In this document: positions 39,848 to 51,948 of the stretch, in pieces
Position numbering within the stretch: position 1 is the stretch's first letter
How the letters are laid out: each line of letters opens with the position of its first letter
Assembly: GCA_963828525.1 (NCBI GenBank)
Contig: CAWHEP010000006.1
Span: 42,728 to 106,727, forward strand
Source of the DNA: an uncultured Verrucomicrobiae bacterium
Lineage (GTDB): Bacteria > Verrucomicrobiota > Verrucomicrobiia > Chthoniobacterales > Chthoniobacteraceae
DNA: 64,000 nucleotides
Direction: 5' to 3'
Program-made: the position numbers and the translations under genes
Notes under the pieces: model-generated
Seen by the model: only the letters and a program-made list of their open reading frames with translations
What the model was told of the DNA's origin: nothing
The model's database searches: none

Positions 39848-40416
39848 AAGTCCTGATTGCGGAGGACGACCCCGTTGCTTCCAAGCTCCTGCGCTACACG
39901 CTGGAGCATGTCGGCCACGAGCCGCTCCTTGCCTCCGATGGCGCGCAAGCCTGGGAATTGATCCAGCGCGAGCCCGTCCGGATCATTGTGAGCGATTGGA
40001 TGATGCCGGAAATCGATGGGCTGCAGCTTTGCCGCCGCGTGCGCGAGAGGGAGACCGCCGACTATACCTACTTCATCCTGCTTACTGCGAACCATCCCGA
40101 CCGCGAGAACGTCCAGCGCGCGATGGATGCCGGAGTGGATGACTTTCTCACAAAGCCGCTGGACCGCCCCGCCATCTGGATGCGCCTCCGAGTCGCCGAA
40201 CGCATCCTTGCTTTCACCACGCAGATCAAACAACTGAATGAGCTGCTACCCATCTGCGCCTACTGCAAAAAAATCCGCGAGGATGACGCTTACTGGACGC
40301 AGTTCGAATCTTACATCCACACCCATACCGGGGCGAATTTTACCCATGGTATCTGCCCCGCTTGCTACGAAGAGCAGCTCGGCTTGCTTGAGGACCGGCC
40401 TGATCTGGAACCGTGA
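39844..40416 (+). CDS. Response regulator with Cys-rich C-terminal domain
   Basis: AEDD, SDWMMP, DDFLTKP. C-terminal LLPICAYCKKIR...THGICPAC. Confidence 0.9.
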   Translation: MKVLIAEDDPVASKLLRYTLEHVGHEPLLASDGAQAWELIQREPVRIIVSDWMMPEIDGLQLCRRVRERETADYTYFILLTANHPDRENVQRAMDAGVDDFLTKPLDRPAIWMRLRVAERILAFTTQIKQLNELLPICAYCKKIREDDAYWTQFESYIHTHTGANFTHGICPACYEEQLGLLEDRPDLEP

Positions 40417-40443
40417 ATAGTCTCCCGCGTCTTCAACCAGCGA

Positions 40444-40968
40444 TCAAAATGCCGGCCCTCGAAGATTGATCTGTCCATCGGGCCACTCCTCATCGCCCAG
40501 AGCCTTGACCATCGGCTTGCCGCAAAAGGGATTAAAGCGTCGCGCCAGGGAACCACTCATCTCGAGCGCGTTTGTAACAACCCGGTAGCCGCTCGATCCG
40601 TAAACCCGGGGATTGCCGAACAACATCGCAAACGACAGCCCCTGCGCGCCGAGCCACACGTGGATTTCGGCAAGCATCTGCCGCGTCAGTCCCGTTCCCC
40701 GGCAATCTCTCGCGACACATACCTCCGCAACCCCGCCCACCCGCAAGTCTCCGCGGCTCGCGCCGAGAACCAGGTCGTGGGCGGCCGCGTGCGCCACCAG
40801 CCTGTTCTCTGAGTTAAAGGCGAGCCAGCGGTGCTCTGGGCATCTGTTCAGGAAGCGCTGACGCGAAAACCGCCGCTCCAGAGGAAAACACGCGGAGAGA
40901 AGCTTGCGAAGATCCACGTCCTCCGCCGCAGTCAACGAGCAGTCCGGCCGGTAATAAATCTCCGCCAT
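40444..40968 (-). CDS. GNAT family acetyltransferase
   Basis: VGGVAEVCVARDCRGTGL acetyl-CoA motif, VYGSSGY. Confidence 0.8.
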   Translation of the reverse strand: MAEIYYRPDCSLTAAEDVDLRKLLSACFPLERRFSRQRFLNRCPEHRWLAFNSENRLVAHAAAHDLVLGASRGDLRVGGVAEVCVARDCRGTGLTRQMLAEIHVWLGAQGLSFAMLFGNPRVYGSSGYRVVTNALEMSGSLARRFNPFCGKPMVKALGDEEWPDGQINLRGPAF

Positions 40969-41040
40969 TCCTCTTCTTAATACCCGGAATCAATGGTTGA
41001 AAGCCCGCTCGTGATCCTCTAAAAACGCTCTCCCTCCCTT

Positions 41041-42201
41041 ATGAGCGCAAAAAAGGTCCTCACCGTCGGCATGATTGGCTACAACTTCATGGGCAAGGCG
41101 CATTCGAACGCCTGGAGGCAGGCGTCAAAGTTTTTCGATCTGCCCGCCAGCATCGTCATGAAAACCGTCTGTGGCAGGACAGCGGCGAGCGTTGCCCGCG
41201 CCGCGACCCAATTCGGCTGGGAGAATGCAAGCACCGACTGGCGCGAAGTCGTTGAAGATCCGGCTATCGATATCATCGATATAACCACCCCCAACGACTC
41301 CCACGCCGAGATCGCCATCGCTGCGGCAGAAGCCGGTAAAGCCGTTCTGTGCGAAAAGCCGCTTGGCATGAACATCACGGAATGCGAAGCGATGGTCGCT
41401 GCTGTGGAGCGCGCCGGCGTCGTGAACATGGTCTGCCACAACTACCGTCGCATCCCTGCTATCGCTCTTGCGAAAAGGATGATCGCCGCTGGCGACCTCG
41501 GCGATCGCATCTACCATTTTCGCGCGCGCTACGCGCAGGATTGGATCACGGATCCGAGCTTCCCGCTTGTCTGGCGGCTCCAGTCCGCAATAGCGGGCTC
41601 GGGCGCGCACGGCGACATCAACGCGCACATCATCGACCTGGGGCGCTACCTCGTTGGAGAGTTTGACCAGGTCTGCGGAACCATGGAGACCTTCATAAAG
41701 GAACGGCCCGTGCTGGAACAATCGGGCGAAGGCCTGGCCGCCGTGGCTGGCGTCAAGATGGGCACCGTTACGGTGGATGATGCCGTCTCCTGCATCGGCC
41801 GCTTTCGGAACGGCGCAATCGCCAGCCTGGAGGCAACCCGTTTCGCGCCGGGCCGCAAGAATCACATCACCCTGGAGATCAACGGCAGCGGAGGCTCACT
41901 CGCTTTTGACTTCGAAGATATGAACCGGCTGCAATACTACAGCAACGCCGATCCCGAGGGAAAACGCGGATTCCGGGACATCATTGTGACCGAAGCTTCC
42001 CATCCCTACATCTCCGCGTGGTGGCCCCCTGGGCACATTCTCGGATATGAACACACTTTCGTAAACGCGTTCGCCGACTTCATAGAAGCAGTCGTGGCGG
42101 GGAAGAGCGCGCAGCCGACCTTCGCGGACGGACTTGAGAATGAGCGCGTTCTCGCCGCCATTGCGGAAAGCGCAAAAGATGGCAAATGGGTGCGTATATG
42201 A
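41041..42201 (+). CDS. Gfo/Idh/MocA family oxidoreductase
   Basis: GYNFMGKAH, CEKPL, GAHGDINAHIID, WWPPGH. Confidence 0.92.
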   Translation: MSAKKVLTVGMIGYNFMGKAHSNAWRQASKFFDLPASIVMKTVCGRTAASVARAATQFGWENASTDWREVVEDPAIDIIDITTPNDSHAEIAIAAAEAGKAVLCEKPLGMNITECEAMVAAVERAGVVNMVCHNYRRIPAIALAKRMIAAGDLGDRIYHFRARYAQDWITDPSFPLVWRLQSAIAGSGAHGDINAHIIDLGRYLVGEFDQVCGTMETFIKERPVLEQSGEGLAAVAGVKMGTVTVDDAVSCIGRFRNGAIASLEATRFAPGRKNHITLEINGSGGSLAFDFEDMNRLQYYSNADPEGKRGFRDIIVTEASHPYISAWWPPGHILGYEHTFVNAFADFIEAVVAGKSAQPTFADGLENERVLAAIAESAKDGKWVRI

Positions 42202-42941
42202 GATTCATAAATCAGGTCGCGATTGTCACAGGAGCAGGGCGGGGGATAGGGCAGGCAATCGCCGCAAGGCTTGCGGATGAAGGCGCACGGGTCGCTGTCG
42301 TAAGCCGGACAGAGGCGAACGCCGCCAAAACTGCCGAAGACATAAACGCCCGCCACGAGGGTTGCGCGAAAGCCTACGCTGTTGATGTCGCCGACCACCC
42401 CTCCGTCATCACCTTGTGCGCCCAGATTATCGCGGACTTTTCCCGGGTGGATGTGCTCGTGAATAACGCGGGTCTGACGAGGGACGGCCTCAGTATGCGC
42501 ATGCCCATCGCCGATTGGGATCTCGTGCTCGAGACCAACCTCCGCGGCGCGTTTAATTTCATCCAGGGCGTCCAGCGGACAATGTTGAAACAGCGCTCCG
42601 GACGCATCATCAACATCAGTTCCGTCAGCGGCCTCACCGGGAATGCCGGTCAGGCAAACTACGCCGCCAGCAAAGCCGGCCTCCTGGGTCTTACCAAATC
42701 CCTGGCGCGAGAGCTTGCCAGCCGTAAAATCACTGTCAATGCCATCGCGCCCGGCTTTATAAAAACAGACATGACGGACGTGCTGCCAGAAGCGACAAAA
42801 GCCGCGGTTCTCGGGCAGATCCCTCTCGCCACCTTCGGAGACCCGGAAGACATCGCGGCTGCCGTTGCTTTCCTGGCAAGCGCCGAGGCAAAATTCATCA
42901 CCGGTCAAGTCTTGACAGTGGACGGCGGTATGGTGATGTAG
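42198..42941 (+). CDS. fabG: 3-oxoacyl-ACP reductase
   Basis: TGAGRGIG, NNAGLTRD, GNAGQANYAASK, APGFIKTDMT. Confidence 0.93.
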   Translation: MRFINQVAIVTGAGRGIGQAIAARLADEGARVAVVSRTEANAAKTAEDINARHEGCAKAYAVDVADHPSVITLCAQIIADFSRVDVLVNNAGLTRDGLSMRMPIADWDLVLETNLRGAFNFIQGVQRTMLKQRSGRIINISSVSGLTGNAGQANYAASKAGLLGLTKSLARELASRKITVNAIAPGFIKTDMTDVLPEATKAAVLGQIPLATFGDPEDIAAAVAFLASAEAKFITGQVLTVDGGMVM

Positions 42942-42986
42942 CGCCCATCCCGTGCGCCGCTTTCCGCCATTTTTCACCCCTGTTCG

Positions 42987-43462
42987 ATGAACCTGTATCT
43001 GCTTCGTCATGCGGACGCCATTGATCACGCCGAGACGGACATGGGCCGCTACTTGTCGGAAAAAGGCATCGCGCAAGCCAAGGTGGTGGGCAAGTTCTGT
43101 CGCGAGAACGACATCGCTCCCGAATCGTCCTTTCCAGTCCCTATCGCCGAACCGAGGAGACCGCGAACATCGTCGCCAAAAAGCTGGAAAACGCCGAGGT
43201 GCTCATCGCCCCTTTTCTTAGTTCCGGGATGGTCCCCGCTGCCGCGCTGGAGGGTCTCGCGCCCTATTCCCATCTTCACACCGTCATGATCGTTGGACAT
43301 GAACCCGACTTTGGCCTTCTGGCAGCCCGTCTTCTCGGCCTGCCTGAGCCAAGGCGGCTGCACATCCGGAAAGCCTCTCTCACACTCCTCGAATTGACTG
43401 AACTGGAGGCTGGCGCCGCTACCCTGCACTTCGTCATCCCTGCCAAATTTATGGACCGATGA
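42987..43462 (+). CDS. sixA: Phosphohistidine phosphatase SixA (frameshifted, probably sequencing error)
   Basis: LYLLRHADA and VMIVGHEPD split over frames. Confidence 0.85.
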
Positions 43463-44144
43463 AGCCGGAAGTCGTTCACTCAAACCGCTTTGTGGAGGAT
43501 GCCGCGGATTTTATCGCGCGGCGCGCGGTTGCTGCCGTCTCGGAACGCGGCGCCTTTCGCATCGCGTTGAGCGGGGGCAACACCCCGCGTCCCGTTTACG
43601 CGCGGCTGGCGGCCATGCCTCACATCCCGTGGGAAAAGTTCATCGTCACATACGGAGATGAACGTTGCGTCCCGCCCGATGACGGGCAGTCCAACTATAA
43701 AATGTCGAAGGATGCTCTGCTCAGTTCCGTTCCGATCCCCGCCGAAAATATTTTGCGCGTCCGCGGCGAGATCGATCCCGATGCCGCCGCCCTGGAATAT
43801 GAGGAAAAGCTCGCTGCCCGCGCAATCGGTGAGGCCCGCTATGTCCACGATCTCCTGCTTCTCGGTCTTGGGCGACGATGGTCACACAGCCTCCCTGTTC
43901 CCCGGCACCGAAGCGCTGCATGAGACGGGGCGGAACGTCGTCGCCAACTATGTCCCGAAATTCTCCTCCAATCGCATCACATTCACATTTCCACTGATTA
44001 ACGCTGCGAGACACGTCTGTTTCTTGGTCAGCGGGTCAGGCAAAGCGAAGCTCGTGGAAGAGATTCTCGCGGGTGGGTCGACATATCCTTCTGCCGGGGT
44101 GGCACCCGCTTTCGGGGCGCGTGACATGGCTGCTCGGCGGCTAA
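43459..44144 (+). CDS. pgl: 6-phosphogluconolactonase (frameshifted)
   Basis: IALSGGNTP, GDERCVPP, LLLGLG-DGHTASLFP, RITFTFP. Confidence 0.9.
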
Positions 44145-44149
44145 CAGGT

Positions 44150-44609
44150 ATGCGAATATCCTCACCTATCGGGCGCCGCGTGACCCAGTTCCTCTGCGTC
44201 CTTTTCTTCTGCGCTTTCTGCCTTCCGGCAACATTTGCCGCGGAGAAAAAGGGCTAAAGCTTCGGGGAGCCCCACTGCGCCTCCCGACGACAGGGTTGCC
44301 TTCCACGGCGCGATATTGGGTTTTGACAAGGCGTCCCGGAGCTTCACGCTCCAAGGCAAAAAGGGAGCGACTCATCTATGTTGTTTCACCACGAGCTAAA
44401 ATGATGAAAGGCAACGGTCCCGCGACCATCGAGGATTTCATCCCCGGCATTTATGTTCGCGGCGCTTCCCGCAAGCTCGCCGATGGCCGCTTCGAAGCCC
44501 TCACTGTAAACATCGAACCAAAACTGTCCTCTCCCAAGATCGAAAGAACACCGAAAGCGAACCAAAGCCAGCGGCCTCTGCTTCTCCGACGAAGTCTAGA
44601 ATTCCATGA
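44150..44609 (+). CDS. Hypothetical secreted protein (frameshifted)
   Basis: Signal-peptide-like start. Fragments in successive frames fill the pgl-purS gap. Confidence 0.45.
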
Positions 44610-44842
44610 AAGCCACCGTCATCGTGATGCCAAAACCAACTGTCCTCGATCCGCAGGGGGTTGCCGTCCGGGACGCGATCCTTCATCAAGGGATGAGCAG
44701 TGTGAAGCAGGTTCGAATAGGCAAGTTCATGGAAATCGAGCTTGGTGAAGGAGCGGATTCCGAGAAGGAACTGCGCCGGATTTGCAGCGACCTTCTCTCC
44801 AATCCGGTCATTGAGGATTATCGACTCGAAGTCATTCCCTGA
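44606..44842 (+). CDS. purS: Phosphoribosylformylglycinamidine synthase subunit PurS
   Basis: VLDPQG, VRIGK, LLSNPVIEDY. Confidence 0.95.
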   Translation: MKATVIVMPKPTVLDPQGVAVRDAILHQGMSSVKQVRIGKFMEIELGEGADSEKELRRICSDLLSNPVIEDYRLEVIP

Positions 44843-44891
44843 GCCTCGCGCCCCGGATTCTCCTTCTGGTCTTTGCTGAGATCTCACCACG

Positions 44892-45593
44892 ATGAAATGC
44901 GCCATTATCAGATTCCCGGCTCGAATTGCGACCAGGACTGCCATCTTGCGCTGAGCGCGATTATGGAAACGGAATACGTGTGGCATAAGCAAGATTCCGT
45001 CGCCGCTTACGACCTCATTGTCCTGCCCGGTGGGTTCTCGTACGGCGACTATCTGCGCTGCGGAGCCATTGCGCGGTTTTCGCCAGTCATGCAATCGGTG
45101 GTGGAGGAGGCGGGAAAGGGCAAGCTGATCATTGGTATTTGCAACGGTTTCCAGATTCTTTGTGAGGCGCGACTTGCTGCCCGGCGCGTTAATCCGAAAT
45201 CGTTCACTCCACTTCATCTGCGAAGAGACAACGTCTTCGCGTTGAGGAGGTCGATACACCATTCACAAACGCCTGTCTGACTGGAATGTTGCTCCGCATG
45301 CCCATCGCGCATGGTGAAGGGAACTACGTGGCGGATGAAGCGACGTTGCGCGATCTCGACTGTCAATCGGCGCGTGATTCTGCGCTACGCGGATAACGCG
45401 GGACGGGCGTCCGACGCGGCTAATCCCAACGGCTCCGCGCAAAACATCGCCGGCATCTGCAATGCTGGCCGCAATGTATTTCGGGTTGATGCCTCATCCT
45501 GAACGCGCGTCGGACTCCCGGCTCGGAAGCGAGGATGGGCGCCTCTTTTTCGAATCCGTTCTCGGCTTATCGGACAAGGGAGTGGCGGCATGA
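44892..45593 (+). CDS. purQ: Phosphoribosylformylglycinamidine synthase subunit PurQ (frameshifted)
   Basis: [44 protein letters not shown] across frames. Confidence 0.92.
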
Positions 45594-47833
45594 CCAGCAA
45601 CGACCCGGAAATTACCCCCGAACTCGTCCGCAAGCACGGCCTCACTGAGGACGAGTACCAGCGTATCATCGGCATCCTTGGCCGCGCTCCCAATTTCACG
45701 GAACTCGGCATCTTCTCCGTCATGTGGAGCGAGCATTGTTCCTATAAAAATTCGCGCGCCGAACTAAAGAAGTTTCCCACCACAGGGCCCCTCGTTCTAG
45801 TGAAAGCCGGAGAGGAAAACGCGGGCGTCATCGACATTGGGGACGGCTGGGCGGTGGCGTTTAAGATGGAAAGTCACAATCATCCCAGCGCGATTGAGCC
45901 TTTTCAGGGCGCCGCCACGGGTGTCGGCGGTATTATTCGCGATATTTTCACCATGGGCGCGAGTCCGGTGTTCAGCATGAATTCCCTGCGCTTTGGCCCG
46001 ATCTCCGGCGCGGCGGGTGAACAGCGCCTGCGATCGAACCGCCGCTTGTTCGCGGGGGTCGTTTCAGGCATTGGTCATTACGGCAACTGCATCGGCATAC
46101 CCACCATCGGCGGGGAAATCTACTTCGATGAAAGCTATGAAGGGAACCCGCTCGTCAATGTCTTCTGTCTCGGCGTCCTCCGGCACGAGCAGATTGCCCG
46201 CGGGGCTGCGCATGGAATAGGGAATCCCGTCTTCTACGTTGGCGCGGAAACAGGGCGTGATGGCCTCGCCGGAGCGGCTTTTGCCTCGCGCGAACTCAGT
46301 GAGCAATCCCGTGAGGATCGACCCGCTGTGCAGGTCGGCGATCCCTTCAAGGAAAAACTTGCTGCTGGAAGCTTGTCTCGAGTTGCTCGAAAGCGGCTGC
46401 GTTGCCGGGATACAGGATATGGGCGCCGCTGGCCTGACTTGTTCCACTTGCGAAACCGCCAGCAGGGCCGGCACCGGCGTGGAGATTGATCTGGCACTCG
46501 TCCCGAAGCGCGAGACCGGCATGACTCCCTACGAGATCATGCTTAGCGAGTCGCAGGAGAGGATGTTGATCATCGTGAAGCGCGGCGAAGAGCAAACAGT
46601 CAAGTCCATCTTTGAGAAATGGGATCTCCCATACGCCGAGATAGGGCGCGGTCACTGGCGATGGCATGATGCGTATAAAAAATCACGGCCAGTGTCGTCT
46701 CCGAAATCCCAGCTCGTCAGCTTGCCGACGAGGCGCCGCTTTACCACCGCGAAGCGAAAGCGAGGCCACTACCACCGCCACTCGATCTGCAATCCGTCCC
46801 TGAAAGCGACCCGCGGGACGCGCTCCTGGGCTTGCTCGCTCACCCCTCCATCGCTTCCAAGAATTGGGTGTATCGTCAATACGATCATACCGTGAGAGCG
46901 GGAGGCATGGTTCCTCCTGGTTCCGACGCCGCGGTTTTTCTTGTGCGCGAGGCCGGAAAGATTCTTGCCGCTACCACGGACTGTAATGGCCTGTTCTGTT
47001 CCCTCGATCCCCGGGAAGGCGCGCGTCTTGCCGTTGCCGAGGCGGCCAGAAATCTCACCTGCTCCGGCGCCAGTCTTCTCGCCGTCACAGACAACCTGAA
47101 CTTCGGCAACCCCTACAAACCGGAAAACTTCTGGCAGCTCCGGGAATCCATCGAGGGTCTGGCGGAAGCGTGTGCAGCCTTTGGCACGCCAGTCACTGGC
47201 GGAAACGTGAGCCTGTATAATGAAAGCCCGGCCGGGGCAGTTGATCCGACGCCGACCGTTGGCATGGTCGGCATCATCGAGCGGGAGCGGGATGTCACAA
47301 CGCAGAACTTCAAGGCTGAGGGTGACGTCATCCTCCTCGTGGGAGGCGAAGGCGCTGAACTGGGCGCTTCGCATTACATGAAAGTTATTCATGATCGCAA
47401 GGAGGGCTTGCCGCCCCGGCTCGATATCGAGCGCGAGATCGCCCTCCAACAAGGGGTGCTTGCCCTTATTCGCTCAAACCTTGTCAGCAGCGCGCATGAT
47501 TGTTCGGAAGGCGGACTGGCGGTTGCCTTGGCGGAGTGCTGCATCTCCGGGAGGCAGAAGATCGGCGCCGCAATCGATTTCGGAACCACCTCCCTTCGGG
47601 CCGATCAACTGCTGTTTAATGAGTCGGCCTCCCGCGTTATCATCTCCGTCACCAAGGCAAACGCATCCGCCGCCTGTGCTCTTCTGCAATGGCGCGGTAT
47701 AACTGTGAGGCGCATTGGCGCTGTCGGGGGCAAGGAACTGTCCATAGCGACAGGCGGCGCGCGATTTTCATGGCCCGTCACCGAACTTCATTGTACATGG
47801 TATTCTGCAATTCATGACCTCATGTCCGCCTAG
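45590..47833 (+). CDS. purL: Phosphoribosylformylglycinamidine synthase subunit PurL (frameshifted)
   Basis: [46 protein letters not shown]. Confidence 0.95.
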
Positions 47834-47912
47834 CTCCCCCGCGGATGTTCTCGCGCGTTTCATGCTACATCTCGTTGTAGCCAGCCACCTGGAACCAGTC
47901 ATTTAACACAAA

Positions 47913-49371
47913 GTGGAACAATCCTTCAAACCGCGGGATGAATGTGGCGTATTCGCCATTTTCGGCCATCCCGATGCCGCCCTGCACACCTACTACGGGC
48001 TGTTTGCCCTTCAACATCGCGGCCAGGAGAGCGCGGGCATCGTCACTTCGAACGGTCCCGCTCAGCCCCTTCGCCCTTCATCGTGGGATGGGACTTGTCT
48101 CACAGGTGTTCTCCAACGCCGACCTCGAACGCGTCAAAGGAAATCGCGCTATTGGCCATGTGCGTTATTCCACCACAGGTTCGAGCAACATCAAGAATGC
48201 CCAGCCTCTCTATGTAAACTGCCGCCGTGGCCAGCTCGCCATTGGGCACAACGGCAATCTGGTCAACGCCGGGATCCTCAAAGATGAGTTGGAAGAGCGT
48301 GGCGCCATCTTCGAGACCACGGTGGATAGCGAAATCATCCTCCATTTGCTTGCCCAGCCTTCGGATTCGAGCAACCTCCTCGCCGCGTTGCGCAGAGTGG
48401 AAGGCGCGTTCTCGCTCGTCCTGATGACGGAGCACACCATTGTCGGAGTCAGGGATCCATTTGGTTTTCGCCCGTTGATGCTTGGCAAACTGGATGGCGC
48501 TTATGTCCTTTCCTCCGAGACTTGCGCGTTCGATCTGATCCACGCCGAATTCATCCGCGAGATTGAGCCGGGTGAGGTGGTCATCATCAGTGAAAATGGA
48601 ATCCGGTCCGAATTCCCGTTCAAGGCCGAGAAGGAGGCGTTTTGCATATTTGAGTATGTGTATTTCGCGCGTCCAGATAGCATCCTCCGCAACATCAACG
48701 TCAGCAAAGTCCGCACGCAGATGGGGCGCGAGCTCGCCCGGCTGCATCCTGTCGACGCCGATATCGTAGTGCCTGTTCCCGATTCAGGGAACTACGCCGC
48801 GCTTGGTTACAGCCAGGAGGCGAACATCCCTTTTGAGCACGCTTTCGTGCGGAACCATTACATCGGCAGGATTTTCCTTCAGCCGACCCAGCTCATCCGC
48901 GACTTTAACGTGCGAGTGAAGTTGAACCTCATCAAAGAGATCGTTCGCGGCAAACGTGTCGTGGTGGTGGATGACTCAATCGTGCGAGGGACGACCGCCC
49001 GCGCCCGGGTTGTGAATTTGCGCGAGGCGGGAGCGAAGGAAGTTCACATGCGCATCAGTTGCCCCCCGCACAAGTTTGCCTGCCATTACGGCATCGATTT
49101 TCCTGATCCTTCCAATCTCCTCGCCAACCAGATCACACTGGACCAGATCAGGGAATATCTCGGCGCGGACAGTATTGGCTATCTTGACATGGCTGGCATG
49201 GTGCGGGCGACGGGCCTTCCCGAGAACAGCTTTTGCCTCGCCTGTTTTAACGGGGACTATCCGGTTCCGTTTGATCCCCGCCTCGACAAATACATCATGG
49301 AGCGCCGTCAGGACCGGGCCAGCATGTTGCTTGAGGATTCTCAGCCCGGGCTGTTTTCGACGCTGAAATGA
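47913..49371 (+). CDS. purF: Amidophosphoribosyltransferase (frameshift near 48060)
   Basis: [48 protein letters not shown]. Confidence 0.95.
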
Positions 49372-50413
49372 AGGGGCCGGGTCGCGTGGGGCACACGGAA
49401 GCCGCTCAAGGCTTACGCAAAAGCGGGAGTGGATGTCGATCTCGGGAAATCTGCTGAAGGGGCGCATCCAGCGAAAAGTTCAGGCGACACATGGGCCCGA
49501 AGTGCTGGGCAGGATTGGCGGTTTTGGCGGGCTGTTTAAACCCGATTTTGCTGGAATGAAGGAGCCTGTGCTCGTCTCCAGCGTGGACGGAGTCGGCACA
49601 AAGCTGAAGATCGCTTTCGCCGCGGGAAGTCACGATACGGTGGCTCAGGATCTGGTGAATCACTGCGTCAACGACATCGCCGTTCTTGGAGCGCGTCCCC
49701 TGTTTTTCCTGGACTACATCGGCGCGGAACGGCTTGATCCGGAAGTTTTTGATCAACTCCTCTCCGGATTCAGCCGGGCTTGCAAATCCGCAGGGTGTGC
49801 ATTGGTTGGTGGGGAGACTGCTCAGATGCCCGGCATGTATAAACCCGGGGAATATGATCTCGCGGGCTGCATCGTCGGGGTGGTTGATCGCAAAAAATTC
49901 TGGATAGCTCCACGATCGCCTCTGGCGATTTCATTGTCGGCCTGCCCTCCCACGGCCTTCATACAAACGGCTATTCGCTCGCGAGGAAGATTCTTTTTCG
50001 AAAGATGAAACTGACTTGCCGACTCTTCGGTCCCCGGACTCAAGTTGAAGCTGGGAGCCGAACTATTGAAGGTCCACCGCAACTACCAGCCCGCTTTGGC
50101 ATCCGTGCATCCGCTCATCAAGAGCGCGGCGCATATCACCGGAGGCGGGTTGCTCGATAATGTCGCTCGCGTGCTGCCCGCTTCCTGCGATGCTATCATC
50201 AATCCATCATCATGGAAAACGCCCGCCATCTTTGAAATATTGCAGCGTGGCGGCAAAGTGCCCATATCTGAGATGTACCAGGTTTTTAACATGGGGATCG
50301 GTATGACCCTCATCCTTTCGGAGGCGAACGTCGATAAGGTGATCCGCCTCACTCGCGGCAGGGTGATCGGAACGATTGTGGCTGGAACGGGTTCTGTCCG
50401 GATCGCCTCTTAA
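49368..50413 (+). CDS. purM: Phosphoribosylformylglycinamidine cyclo-ligase (frameshifted)
   Basis: [35 protein letters not shown]. Confidence 0.95.
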
Positions 50414-50415
50414 GC

Positions 50416-51427
50416 ATGGCGCCCACAGCCCGTCTTCAGGCGAAAAAAGCGCCGCCTCTGGGGTGTTGGCCTGGGCGCTGGAGCTTTGGGCGCTCTCTTC
50501 TTTGGCATGCGGTACGCCATGCGGCGTCCCCCGCAGTTGCTCGTGCCCGATACCATCTCCCCCGCGATTTTCGCCACGAGGGTTTTGCAGACCCCGCCCG
50601 GGAATATCGTCTATCATGAGTCAGGCAGCGGACAGCCGCTCATATTCGTCCATGGCATCTATACCGGCGCTTCTTCTTACGAATGGTCGAAAGTTTATCC
50701 GGAGTTCGCATCCCGTTTCAGGGTGCTCGCCCCGGATCTGATTGGATTTGGGGAATCGCAACGCCCCAACGCGAAGCTGCAGATCGCGGACTACGTGCGC
50801 ATGCTTGGAGAGTTTGCAAAAGCGACTTGCGGCCAGCAGCCCCCGATTTTTATCGCAAGCGGTCTGGGCGCGGGGTTCTGCGTGTACCTTGCAAGTCAGC
50901 ATCCGGAGCTCGTGTCGCGTCTCATACTTTATATGCCCGCCGGCCGCGCTGATTTTGGAGGGCAAGGCGTCTCCCTTGCGGCGAGGCTCGCCAGTCGCGC
51001 TCCCTTGCTGAATCGCTTCCTCTATCGCAATTATTACGCGACCAAGCCTGCAATTCGCTCATGGCTGGCAGATCGCGCTTTCGTGCGCCCTGATCTCGTC
51101 ACGGATGAAATGGTCGATGTCTTGACCACCTGCGCTCAACAGTATGGAGCCGAACACTCGATCCTGAACTTCCAAGGGGGCCGCGTCGGGTTCGATCTCG
51201 AACAACGCATAAAGATGCTGTCTCAACCGGTGACATTGCTCTGGGGTGACCAGTCTGTTTTCCCTCGCCTGGAATCGGCTTACCGCCTCCAGCCGTCCAT
51301 CCCAAACTGCACACTCAGGATTATCGAAAACGCCGGCTCCCTTGCGGCTTTGGAATCACCCTCCGAGCTTGTGGAGATTCTGCAAACTCAACTCGACGGT
51401 GAGCTCGGCTACTTCAAAGTGGTGTGA
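50416..51427 (+). CDS. Alpha/beta hydrolase fold protein (frameshift in A-run near 50445)
   Basis: FVHG, PDLIGFGES, IASGLGA, LLWG. Catalytic motifs are atypical. Confidence 0.8.
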
Positions 51428-51506
51428 ACGGCTTGGATAGTAACGCGCGTAAAATCCTTGTCACCGCTTCTCGATTGAAGTATTAGCAAGCCAACTAATT
51501 TCCAGT

Positions 51507-51905
51507 ATGAGGTCACTTTCTTTATTCGCAGTCTTGGGTTTGACAGTTTGTTTAATCGCTGCCTGCTCAAACCAGGACGATGCCCCGCCGCGCAGGCCCC
51601 GCAAAGTAGGCTACCTGCCTCAAGAGCAGCCGACAGAGGATGAGGGAGGGCGCGAGCCTGATGCCGCCCCGACGCCGAGGCCCCAGGCGGAAGAAACGCC
51701 AGTCCCAGCGCCGGAGCCCCCTGTGTCTAATCCCACTCCAGCTCCTGTGAAGAAGGACTACTCCTATGGAGTCCCGGTTCCCGGAAAGCAGGGATTTGTC
51801 ACAAGTCCCTACGCTCCATCGGCCGGATACGTGGATGTCCGCGGGTATCCGCCCGGGACGGAAGTTAAAGATCCTTACACACAAAAGATCTTCCTGGTTC
51901 CCTGA
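51507..51905 (+). CDS. Pro-rich putative lipoprotein
   Basis: IAAC lipobox. C-terminal [13 protein letters not shown]...VDVRG.PPG.EV.DPY..KIFLVP. Confidence 0.7.
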   Translation: MRSLSLFAVLGLTVCLIAACSNQDDAPPRRPRKVGYLPQEQPTEDEGGREPDAAPTPRPQAEETPVPAPEPPVSNPTPAPVKKDYSYGVPVPGKQGFVTSPYAPSAGYVDVRGYPPGTEVKDPYTQKIFLVP

Positions 51906-51948
51906 CGCTTTTTGCGACGCGGCGAGCTGTCTCCCGGGCAGCTTTTCC

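Noticed and set aside
44892..50413. Programmed frameshifting in the pur operon
   Set aside because: There are multiple shifts per gene in inconsistent contexts and no shared slippery-site or stimulator pattern.
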